NCBI GenBank assembly: GCA_963675745.2
Contig: CAXXWX010000010.1
Coordinates: forward strand, 64,001 to 128,000
Length of the DNA: 64,000 nt
Direction: 5' to 3'
Origin: Phycisphaerae bacterium
Lineage (GTDB): Bacteria; Planctomycetota; Phycisphaerae; UBA1845; Fen-1342
Each line of letters starts with the position of its first letter. The stretch's first letter is position 1. Of this stretch, positions 32,658 through 40,728 are shown one piece after another. The notes below the pieces were generated by a model. The model did not search any database, was not told the origin of the DNA, and was given only the letters and a program-made list of their open reading frames with translations. The position numbers and the translations under genes are program-made.

Positions 32658-33139
32658 AGGGGCGTCGGAATGATCGGCCAACGCGTGGCGGAGTATGGCT
32701 GCGGAGGAAGGTGACGTGGGAAAGCCGAAACGCCAGCTCCGCCGCGCGTTGGGTCTGGACGACTACGGCGAGCTCTGGCTGCCCAGGAAGCGCAGCAGTG
32801 CCATCCTCGCCGGCATTGAGCACCATCGCGAACGCGGCTGCTGGTTCGACTTCCGGCACGGGCGAGACACCAACAACGCGACGCTTCTCAAAAACCGCCG
32901 CTCGTGAGAGCACCATCGCCGGCAGCAGTGGCGAATTCGGTGAGCCAAAGGTTGTTTAGGCGGTCCCGCCTGGGGTCGCTGATGTTTGCCACACGACCGG
33001 ATTGGAGAATCAGCGGCATCCTCGACCTGGACACGTACAAGATTGGCAAGGGTCCGGCGGACCCCGTCTTCAATCTGGCGGCGTCTTGCCGCACGATGCC
33101 TCCGCGAGAGGAGGCCTGGCGCCTGGGCAAGCTTGCAGT

Positions 33140-33323
33140 GCGAGGTTTGCGGAAGGAAGCGGTGTGGCGGCGCAGCCTGAGTCGGCAGGCCGAGAGCGGA
33201 CAGTCAGTCTCAGGCTGGTGTCGCGAGCGCGGAGTCGCGGAGACGGCGTTCCAATGGTGGCGCAAGGAACTGGTTCGGCGTGTCGCTGAGATCCGGGCGT
33301 CACTGAAGAGAATGGTGAGCTGA
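33140..33323 (+). mobile_element. IS66 TnpA-like HTH remnant
   Basis: W......AESGQSVSGWCRERGV....FQWWRKEL. Confidence 0.65.
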
Positions 33324-33338
33324 GTGAGAGGGTACGAC

Positions 33339-33476
33339 ATGCGTCTGATCTTGGCGGCTCAAGACGCCGATATGCGGGCTGCCTGGGCCGAGCACTTCGC
33401 TGTAGAGGTGGACGTCACGATCAGAGACACGGATGTTGGTGACGTCGCTTGCGATGCAGTTGTAATTCCGCTTAAC
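33339..33476 (+). pseudogene. Macro-domain protein, N-terminal fragment
   Basis: MRLILAAQD...AAWAEHF....DVTI.......ACDAVVIPLN, then similarity stops. Confidence 0.55.
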
Positions 33477-33497
33477 GGTCCGGATCCGCGTGCCGAC

Positions 33498-33802
33498 GCG
33501 ATGAACTCGCTTCCGAAGGCCCCGCTGGATACCTGCTTGTTGTCGGGGACCTGTACATTGGCGGTGATGTTCGATGCCCGGTGTTCATGCGCGATGCAGA
33601 AATCCCACCGGTCGTTGCGGCAGTTCAGATACATCCGGACGGGTTATACCTCACAAAAGCCAGGACTGATGTACGATTACGAGTTGATGACAGAGACATT
33701 GATTCGGGACAATCGGAACGAATCGAGCTTCCCGTGCAGTTGTCGTGTGGCCGTTACGCGTGCACGATGCGTGTTGCGAGCATCAAGGACTTCACGGAGT
33801 GA
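33498..33802 (+). pseudogene. FHA-like beta-domain, C-terminal fragment
   Basis: YLLVVGDLYIGG...LRVDDRDI...LSCGRY..., directly upstream of the kinase fragment. Confidence 0.35.
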
Positions 33803-33820
33803 CATGAAGGCGGCGATCTG

Positions 33821-34048
33821 ATGACTGACGAACGTGCTGAACTTCCTTCGGACCCGCGGACCGATCAGCCATCGCATCTGACTTCGGAAGGCTGTAACCG
33901 GTGGCAGAGCATCGGTGACGAGAAGACGCTTCCGGACGAAGGGCATCTTGACAGCGATCGCCTGACGCTGATCAAGCAGCTTGGTGAAGGCGGGATGGCT
34001 GTAGTCTGGCTGCTGCAACGAGACGAGGGATCGATCGCAAGGATGTGA
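33821..34048 (+). pseudogene. Ser/Thr kinase N-terminal fragment
   Basis: Gly-rich loop LIKQLGEGGMAVVWL followed by an early stop. Confidence 0.7.
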
Positions 34049-34066
34049 CGGCGCTGAGAGCGAATC

Positions 34067-34440
34067 ATGAAGAAGCACGCACTGCTTGTCGGAGTTGAGG
34101 AATACCGGGATTCGATGATCTCGCGGCTGCAGTTTGCGCGAGCGGATGCGCCACGCTTGCCGAGCGGCTCGAGACCCGTTGCGGGTTCGACCAGGTTCGG
34201 GTGCTGGCCGACACGAACGGTGAGAACGAGCCGGCATTAATCAACATCGTGGCCGCTTTGCGTGACACGGCCGGAGAGCTGCGGAGCGATGACCTGTTCC
34301 TGTTCTTTTTCGCCGGCCATGGCGTGGAAAAGGAGGGCCACGGCTACCTGATGGCGCGCGACAGTCTGCAGGCCTTCCCCGAGCACGGCAGCCTGTCACT
34401 GGAGCTTTTGCGCAAGACATTTGGACAGTTCGGCGCGGGT
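34067..34440 (+). pseudogene. Caspase-like (C14) fragment, frameshifted and truncated
   Basis: MKKHALLVGVEEY...LQFARADA...LFLFFFAGHG; no catalytic Cys (DAC) region. Confidence 0.8.
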
Positions 34441-34739
34441 AAGCCGTACGGAGAGAAATGCCAGTAATTCGGGCAGCAGTTGTTGCGTTCCTGGCTGAGT
34501 CCGACGGCGCTCTTGTGCTCGCCCAGCACGAGCGTCTCTTTTCCTTTCCGATGCGCGGTCAGCGGATCTGTGCAACCAAAATCGACCCGATTATGCGGGC
34601 GGTCTTCTTGCTCCCAAACCCGCGCCTCAGGGTAAATATGGCAAATGCGCTCAACGATGCTCCGACGCTGCGGATTGGACCGGCTTCCCTTCGTCAGAAC
34701 GATCCGCTTTCGGGAAATAATGGGGGGACTTCGGGGCAT
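34441..34739 (-). pseudogene. Spore-photoproduct-lyase-like radical SAM N-terminal fragment
   Basis: ...GKETLVLG...CPNYWHFSPYG, cut just before the expected CxxxCxxC. Confidence 0.55.
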
Positions 34740-34968
34740 GTAGTGTTCGGTGTACGCAAAGAGCCCGCCCATACTCTCTTCCGCAGCCCTCATTCGCATG
34801 CCGCGTCTCCCTGGCGAGTGGAACTGGTGAACCCTAACACGCGGCTAACAAGCGGTCAATCATGTCGAGAAGGACCAGTGGCTTTCTTCACCCGCCATCG
34901 GATTCGAGGTGCCGCCATAGCATTCGGGATTCTCCCGGCAACTGGGCCGAATGCTACGTAACATCCTG

Positions 34969-35056
34969 TTATGCCGCCAGTAACGCCTCGGCGACGGACT
35001 GCGGCAGGCGAACGGCGCCCGCGGCAAAAAGTCCTAACCGTGTCCGGTCACTTCGA
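34969..35056 (-). repeat. att-like segment copy 2, encoding RSDRTRLGLFAAGAVRLPQSVAEALLAA*
   Basis: Homologous to 29569-29656 at an offset of exactly 5400 bp; marks the right edge of the island. Confidence 0.85.
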
Positions 35057-35285
35057 TTGATCGCAAGTCTCGCCGAGCGCACGGATTGGCGAACCTGCCC
35101 GACGCCGGGCCGTGCGGCACGATGCCTGACTCCGCGCGGACCATAATCCACGCCAGGTACACTGGCGCGGCACATGGCGAAAAACCGCAATTCCTGAACT
35201 ACCGCACACACGCCGTCCCGGCATGAACCCGTCGATGGCGGCGTGCGCGACTTGGCGTTTCATTACAACGGCGATGCGGCGTCTG

Positions 35286-35309
35286 ACTGCTCTGTGAGCC
35301 GTGGCACAC
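35286..35309. repeat. REP-like repeat, GTGTGCCAC family
   Basis: actgctctgtgagccgtggcacac. Confidence 0.6.
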
Positions 35310-35340
35310 AGCGAGGCAACGCACCACAAGCGATGGTAGG

Positions 35341-36264
35341 CTAGCTCCGTACCCGCCGACACAGCGCTTCGGCCAGGCGCTCCGCGGCGTTTGGACCATG
35401 GCGGAAGAACAGCGACGGCTCCACCAGCTCCAGCTCGCTGAGCCGCAGCTCGCCGTGGGCGTCGCGCAGGAAATCGACGCGCGCGTATAGCAGCTTGTCG
35501 GCGTCGTGAGGCGCAGGTGTCTGTCTATCCGGTAGCCGGCCGGCCATGGCTTCGGGCACCAGGCCGACGATTCGCCGGGCCGCGTCGAGCCCGTCGCGTG
35601 CCATCACGGCGGGCTCATCGCTCGCTCCAAAATCGTCCTGAACACGGTAATCGCCGGGCACGGGAATCTTGCGGACGGTGTGCGTGATCTCGCCGTCGAT
35701 GAAGATAACCGACAGCTCGCCAGCCGTTTCGACGCTTTCCAGGTATGGCTGGATCATCATGTCTTCATGCGCGAGCAGTCGCTTAAGGTGCGACTCGGCG
35801 GTGGCGAGGCCGGCCGGCGTGGCGTCAAATCGCAGTGTTTCGCGTGCTGTTGCGCCGATCAGCGGTTTGAGAAACGCCCGGCGCCAGCCATGCTCGGCCA
35901 ACACGGTCTCCAGATCGACCGTCGCGCCGCGCGCGAGCCAGACGGTTGGCGTCAGCGGCGCGCCCAGTGCCTCCAGATCATGCAAGTAGCTCTTGTGTGA
36001 ATTCCACCGGACGACGTCGGCCGCGTTGAACAGCCGCGTCAAGCCGCCGACGCGTGCGGCCCAGTCCGCAAACGCGTCGCGCTTCTCCTGATAGTCCCAG
36101 GTTGTGCGAATCAGGCACGCGTCAAACGCCGTCCAGTCCGCGCGCGGGTCATCCCACACGAGTTGGGCGTACTCCACGCCGCGCCGAGCCAGCGCGGCGT
36201 GCAGCGGCCGATCATCGACCTCCCAGTCGGGCAGGTTCGAGCAGGTTGCCAGCGCGATTCGCAT
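35341..36264 (-). CDS. ATP-grasp (RimK/glutathione synthetase-like) protein
   Basis: IRTTWDY, WNSHKSYL, MIQPYL, YARVD, ELELVEPSLF. Confidence 0.85.
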   Translation of the reverse strand: MRIALATCSNLPDWEVDDRPLHAALARRGVEYAQLVWDDPRADWTAFDACLIRTTWDYQEKRDAFADWAARVGGLTRLFNAADVVRWNSHKSYLHDLEALGAPLTPTVWLARGATVDLETVLAEHGWRRAFLKPLIGATARETLRFDATPAGLATAESHLKRLLAHEDMMIQPYLESVETAGELSVIFIDGEITHTVRKIPVPGDYRVQDDFGASDEPAVMARDGLDAARRIVGLVPEAMAGRLPDRQTPAPHDADKLLYARVDFLRDAHGELRLSELELVEPSLFFRHGPNAAERLAEALCRRVRS

Positions 36265-36346
36265 GGCCAAAAGCCTGATCGCGGGAGCACGCGGTGTCAA
36301 TCCGATCTGGCGTGACGCTGCCGCGCCGACACGCTAGCGCAGTCGA

Positions 36347-37609
36347 TCAATCCAGCGGGGCGATCCAGAGGTTGCGGAAGCGAACGCGGTTGCCGTGGTC
36401 CTGGAGCAGCAGCGGGGCGTCGTTTGGGGCTTCGGGCAGCCCGAAGCCGGTCTGCTTGGGGATTTCAACGTTGCCGTGGATGCGCGTCCCGTTGTGGTAG
36501 ACCGTGATGTGTGCGTTGGCGATTTTCGTGCCTTTCGCATCCCAGCGCGGCGCGCGGAACTCGATGTCATATGTCTGCCACTGACCGGCGGGGCGGGCCA
36601 TGTTGAAATCGGCGGCCTTCACCTTGTAAATCGCGCCGCAGATGTCATCAGCCGGTTCCTGGCCGCACGAATTCAGGATCTGCACCTCGTAGCGTCCCTG
36701 AACGTACACGCCACTGTTCCCGTTAGCCTGCCCCTGCTTCTGGTTGTCGTCTACGCAGAACTCGATGTGCAGCCGGCAATCGCCGAACGGCTTTCGTGTC
36801 ACGATGTTGCCGGTGCCGGGCTCGACCTCAAGCGCCCCGTCGGCGAATCTCCATTGGACGCGCGAGCCGGGCTTGCCCGCGTGTTCCCACTTGGAGAGGT
36901 CGCCGCCGGCGTCGAGCAGCGTCACAGCGCCGGTGGACGGCCGGCACAACGGATCGCCGAGGTCCTTGATGCGCAGCTTGCGCCAGCGCACCTCCATCGG
37001 CTCGGCTTCGTTCGTGCCGTGTACCTGGAGGCCGACAAAGCCGCTACGAGTCAGATCGTCGCGCAGGTCCGCCGCCGCCACGCCGTTCAGCCACGTGCGG
37101 ATGCGATCGCCGTGGGCTTCGACGCGCACGTGGTTCCATTGGTTCTGGCGCAACGCCCGGCGTGCCGACTCGTTATCTTTCAGGTCACACAGCCAGCCGC
37201 GCCGGCCCTCGTCATAAATGCCGGCCGTCCAGGCACGCTCGGACGGATCGATCTCAATCTGATAGCCGTGTACCAGGCCGTTCTTGTATCCCGCGACGCT
37301 GTTGCTGCGAATCTGCACGCCCGAATTCAGCTTCGGGTCCACCTTGAATTCGTATTCGAGCGTGAAGTCGGCATAGTCGCGCTCGGTGCAGAGAAACGAG
37401 TTGGGCGTGTTCGGGACCGAACGGCCGACGATCTGCCCGTCCTCGACGGCGTATTCCGCCTTGCCGCCGCGCTGTACCCAGCCGTCAAGCGTCTTTCCGT
37501 CGAACAGCTCCCGCCACCCCGGCTCTCCCCGCTCGTCGGCGAGTGTCGGCACGTGTGAAAGAAGCAGAGTACAGGTGATGCACGCGAAAGCGAGGGCTGC
37601 TCTGAACAT
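36347..37609 (-). CDS. Secreted protein with two DUF1080 (3-keto-glycoside hydrolase-like) domains
   Basis: LFDGKTLDGW...NSGVQIR...GLQVH and a second NSGVY...LQDHG..V.FRN. Confidence 0.9.
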   Translation of the reverse strand: MFRAALAFACITCTLLLSHVPTLADERGEPGWRELFDGKTLDGWVQRGGKAEYAVEDGQIVGRSVPNTPNSFLCTERDYADFTLEYEFKVDPKLNSGVQIRSNSVAGYKNGLVHGYQIEIDPSERAWTAGIYDEGRRGWLCDLKDNESARRALRQNQWNHVRVEAHGDRIRTWLNGVAAADLRDDLTRSGFVGLQVHGTNEAEPMEVRWRKLRIKDLGDPLCRPSTGAVTLLDAGGDLSKWEHAGKPGSRVQWRFADGALEVEPGTGNIVTRKPFGDCRLHIEFCVDDNQKQGQANGNSGVYVQGRYEVQILNSCGQEPADDICGAIYKVKAADFNMARPAGQWQTYDIEFRAPRWDAKGTKIANAHITVYHNGTRIHGNVEIPKQTGFGLPEAPNDAPLLLQDHGNRVRFRNLWIAPLD

Positions 37610-37804
37610 GATGTTGCCTCCTGCCGCGTATCGTACGACGCGTGGCCGATCAGGTCACCACGCCGGCAGCTCGTGGCCGCCCGCCAGCATGGGCTCAGTG
37701 ACGTCCGCTTCGTCCGCGCGAACATGGGGCTGCCGTGCTGTAATCGAGAGCAGTCTCGCCCTCCGGGTTCCGAGCGCATGGGCTGATCGGTACCGGCCGC
37801 GCTA

Positions 37805-38365
37805 TCAATCGCCGTCATGCTCCTGTTCGTGTTCAAGCTCACCGAAGACAGTCGCACCGGCGGTCGGCGGCGGCGGCGTCTCGGCGACCAGCGCCTGCAC
37901 GCCGAATTCATGTACCAGCCGGCCGCCTTCGTGGGCGGCGTTTGCCAGCAGGATGATCCCGCCGCTGTAGATCAGCAGGTACGCGATCGTGACAATCGTG
38001 CCGGGCAGGCGTTTGAGAGGCCGCCGCACCGCGTGTGGAATCAGAGTGATTGCCGCAAAGAGCAGCGTCGATCCCAGAAAGACCCACTGCGTCGTTTCCG
38101 CGAGCTCCTCATGCCTTGCCAGGACCGGGTTGATCTCCGGCGAGCGCATCACGAGCTCCGCGCCGGCTTCGCCGGTCAGAACCGCAACGAACGCCGCGGC
38201 CGTGCCGAGTGTCATGATGGCCAGTGCGGCGATCGCGAACCACAAGTATTGCCGGTACATGATCAAACCCAGCACGACAAGCACGGGGGCGACAATCAGC
38301 AAAGCGATCGGAAAGTGCACCACGAGCGGGTGCAGCCCGTCCCAACTCGGCATTGGCGGAAACAA
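37805..38365 (-). CDS. DUF2231-family membrane protein
   Basis: LHPLVVHFPIALL, TG..., HE, AHEGGRLV; AAGGAG RBS before TTG. Confidence 0.85.
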   Translation of the reverse strand: MFPPMPSWDGLHPLVVHFPIALLIVAPVLVVLGLIMYRQYLWFAIAALAIMTLGTAAAFVAVLTGEAGAELVMRSPEINPVLARHEELAETTQWVFLGSTLLFAAITLIPHAVRRPLKRLPGTIVTIAYLLIYSGGIILLANAAHEGGRLVHEFGVQALVAETPPPPTAGATVFGELEHEQEHDGD

Positions 38366-38467
38366 AGTACCACTCCTTGTTGTGAGAGAAACTAGCGCAA
38401 GAGAAACGCAACGTGGCGGTCGCGGTTCCCCCGGACGACCGCAATCACGCTGCGTTACCGAGGCTGG

Positions 38468-39103
38468 CTACTGAACCGCCTCGTACTTCTCCTTTGGATC
38501 GAAGCAGGACGGGCACTTGTCGAACGTGAAGTCCTTCTTCGCGACCGTGTAACCGCACGTCGTGCAGACCATGTAAGTCGCCTTCTCGGCGCCCTTGAAC
38601 TGATCGAGGTGATCGGCGGCGTACTGATACAGCTTGGCGTGTTCCGCCTCGGCCGTGCGGGCGAAGTTGAACGAGCGCATCGCATCGCGATTGCGTTCCT
38701 TGCGCGCCGTCTTCATGAACGCCGGATACATCTTGTCGCGCTCATAGCTCTCGCCGGCAACGGCGGCCAGCAGATTATCCTTGGTCGTTTTGATCTCCGG
38801 CAGTTTGATCTCCGCTTTCGGCGTGCCGCCCAACGCCTTGATCACCTTGGCGTGGTTTCCGGCGTGGATTTCCTCGGCTCGCGCCGTTGCCCGAAACAGG
38901 CTGGCGACGGGTGCGTAGCCCTCCTCTTCCGCCTTTTTCGCATACGCAAGGTACTTCGCATGGGCATTGCTCTCGCCGTTATAGGCCTCCATGAGGTTGT
39001 CGAGCGTCGAGTTCTTCTCCCAGCGTTTGGCGTCTTCTTCGCCGGCCAGGACAGCGGCGGGAATCAACAGAGCGACGAGCATGGTGGGTACGAGTTTCAG
39101 CAT
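38468..39103 (-). CDS. Rubrerythrin with an N-terminal signal peptide
   Basis: GES.A..KY, AEEIHA, GESYE..MYP, AEAEHA, CTTCG...CPSC; leader MLKLVPTMLVALLIPAAVLA. Confidence 0.92.
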   Translation of the reverse strand: MLKLVPTMLVALLIPAAVLAGEEDAKRWEKNSTLDNLMEAYNGESNAHAKYLAYAKKAEEEGYAPVASLFRATARAEEIHAGNHAKVIKALGGTPKAEIKLPEIKTTKDNLLAAVAGESYERDKMYPAFMKTARKERNRDAMRSFNFARTAEAEHAKLYQYAADHLDQFKGAEKATYMVCTTCGYTVAKKDFTFDKCPSCFDPKEKYEAVQ

Positions 39104-39165
39104 CACAGCATTCTCCTTGGAGCGAGTCGTGGTTGTTAGCATGGTACGCCCTCGCTCACCCATGT

Positions 39166-39181
39166 TGCACACACCGTGCCA
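39166..39181 (-). promoter_or_regulatory. Sigma-54 -24/-12 promoter
   Basis: TGGCACGGTGTGTGCA (GG-N10-GC). Confidence 0.85.
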
Positions 39182-39198
39182 TACTGGTGCTAGAAACG

Positions 39199-39211
39199 CA
39201 AATAGTTGATA
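39199..39211 (-). promoter_or_regulatory. IHF-binding site
   Basis: TATCAACTATTTG is an exact WATCAANNNNTTR match. Confidence 0.75.
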
Positions 39212-39256
39212 TCAAAGAACTTATGGGCCTCGTCAAAAAGTGCCCCTGATGCGGCG

Positions 39257-39304
39257 GTTCAAAATCTGGAACCTATCACGCTTGCGCAGTTCAAAAATTC
39301 GAAC
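39257..39304. promoter_or_regulatory. Two putative activator (UAS) sites, GTTC-N8-GAAC
   Basis: GTTCAAAATCTGGAAC and GTTCAAAAATTCGAAC, 32 bp apart. Confidence 0.75.
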
Positions 39305-39318
39305 GGCGGTCTGGGCAT

Positions 39319-40728
39319 TCAGCCGTTCGGCTCGCCCAGCTTCCTGAGCTTGTAACTGAGGTCACTCTTGGAGATGCCCAACTGCCGAGCCGCCTGGGCC
39401 TGCACGCCCGCCGCCTCATCGAGCGCCCGGCGGATCAGCGTCGTTTCAATCTGCCGCAGCGCGTCGCGCAGCGTCCCGTCACGCGGCAGAAGCTCGCGCC
39501 ACCACTGCGGCACGTCGATACACGGCGGCGAAACGCCGCACGCCCCGACCGCGGAATCCTCGGCAGGGATTACGAAGTCGCTGGCGCCCAACGTGTCGCC
39601 GCGCGCCAGGATATAGGCACGTTCGATGAGGTTACGAAGTTCGCGCACGTTGCCTGGGAAGCTGTATGCCGTTAGCCGATCGATGGCGTCTTTTGTGATC
39701 TGGCGATAGGGCATCTTGAGATCGGCCGCAACACGCCGCGAGAAATGCTCCACCAGCGCCAGCAGATCCTCCCCGCGGGCGCGCAACGGCGGGATCTCCA
39801 GGGGTATGACCGCCAGGCGATAGTACAGGTCTTGTCGGAACTCGCCGGCTTTCACGCGCTGAGCCAGGTTGCGATGGGTTGCAGCCAGGACACGGACGTC
39901 AACCTTGCGCGCCGCCCGCGCACCAACGCGCAGCACCTCGCCGTCCATCAACACACGGAGCAGCTTTGCCTGCAACCCGCCGGGCATCTCGCCGGCCTCG
40001 TCCAGGAACAAGGTTCCGCCGTGAGCCGTTTCAAACAGGCCGGGGCGGGCGCGGTCGGCGCCGGTGAACGCCCCTTTTTCGTGACCGAAGAGCTCGCTCT
40101 CTAGTAGCGACTCAGACAAGGCGGCGCAATTGATGGGGACAAATGGTTGCTCAGAGCGCGGGCTGCCTCGGTGAATCGCCCGGGCCACCAGTTCCTTACC
40201 GGTCCCGGTTTCGCCGCTGATCAGCACCGTCGCATCGGTTGGGGCGACGCGTTCAATCTGCTGGCGTACGAGTTGCATCGCCGGACTGTCGCCGACCAGT
40301 CCGTCCGCCGCGCCGAGGCGGCGCACCTCATCCCGCAGCCGCTCGTTTTCGCGTTGGAGTGTCCGGCGTTCGCAGGCCTTGCGTATCACGGACAGCACGT
40401 TTTCCGGCTGGAATGGCTTCGGCAGGAAATCGAACGCGCCCCGCCGCATCGCCTCGACGGCCAAATCGACGCTCGCATACGCTGTGATCACCACTACCGG
40501 GATCGTGGCATCGGCTCCCGCGACGGCGTCGAGCAGCGTGAGTCCGTCGCCGTCGGGCAGCTTCTGGTCGGTCAGCACCACATCCACCGGTTCGGTGCTC
40601 AACAACTGCCGAGCGGAGGCGAGGTCACCGGCTTGCAGCGCGGCGTGGTCGCCGGCCGCCAGCAGCGAGCTCAGCACCTGCCGCATCGAGGGTTCATCAT
40701 CGACAATCAGAATGCGCGCCATCGTCAT
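39319..40728 (-). CDS. Sigma-54-dependent response regulator (NtrC/ZraR-like)
   Basis: REC (VDDE, VLTD, LPKP), GETGTGKE, GAFTGA, HTH. Confidence 0.95.
   Translation of the reverse strand: MTMARILIVDDEPSMRQVLSSLLAAGDHAALQAGDLASARQLLSTEPVDVVLTDQKLPDGDGLTLLDAVAGADATIPVVVITAYASVDLAVEAMRRGAFDFLPKPFQPENVLSVIRKACERRTLQRENERLRDEVRRLGAADGLVGDSPAMQLVRQQIERVAPTDATVLISGETGTGKELVARAIHRGSPRSEQPFVPINCAALSESLLESELFGHEKGAFTGADRARPGLFETAHGGTLFLDEAGEMPGGLQAKLLRVLMDGEVLRVGARAARKVDVRVLAATHRNLAQRVKAGEFRQDLYYRLAVIPLEIPPLRARGEDLLALVEHFSRRVAADLKMPYRQITKDAIDRLTAYSFPGNVRELRNLIERAYILARGDTLGASDFVIPAEDSAVGACGVSPPCIDVPQWWRELLPRDGTLRDALRQIETTLIRRALDEAAGVQAQAARQLGISKSDLSYKLRKLGEPNG

Larger units (their letters stand above)
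27117..35056. mobile_element. Decayed, probably tandem, genomic island at tRNA-Pro
   Basis: Starts at the tRNA 3' end; contains IS and integrase remnants, many gene fragments and homologous segments ending at 29656 and 35056. Confidence 0.75.
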
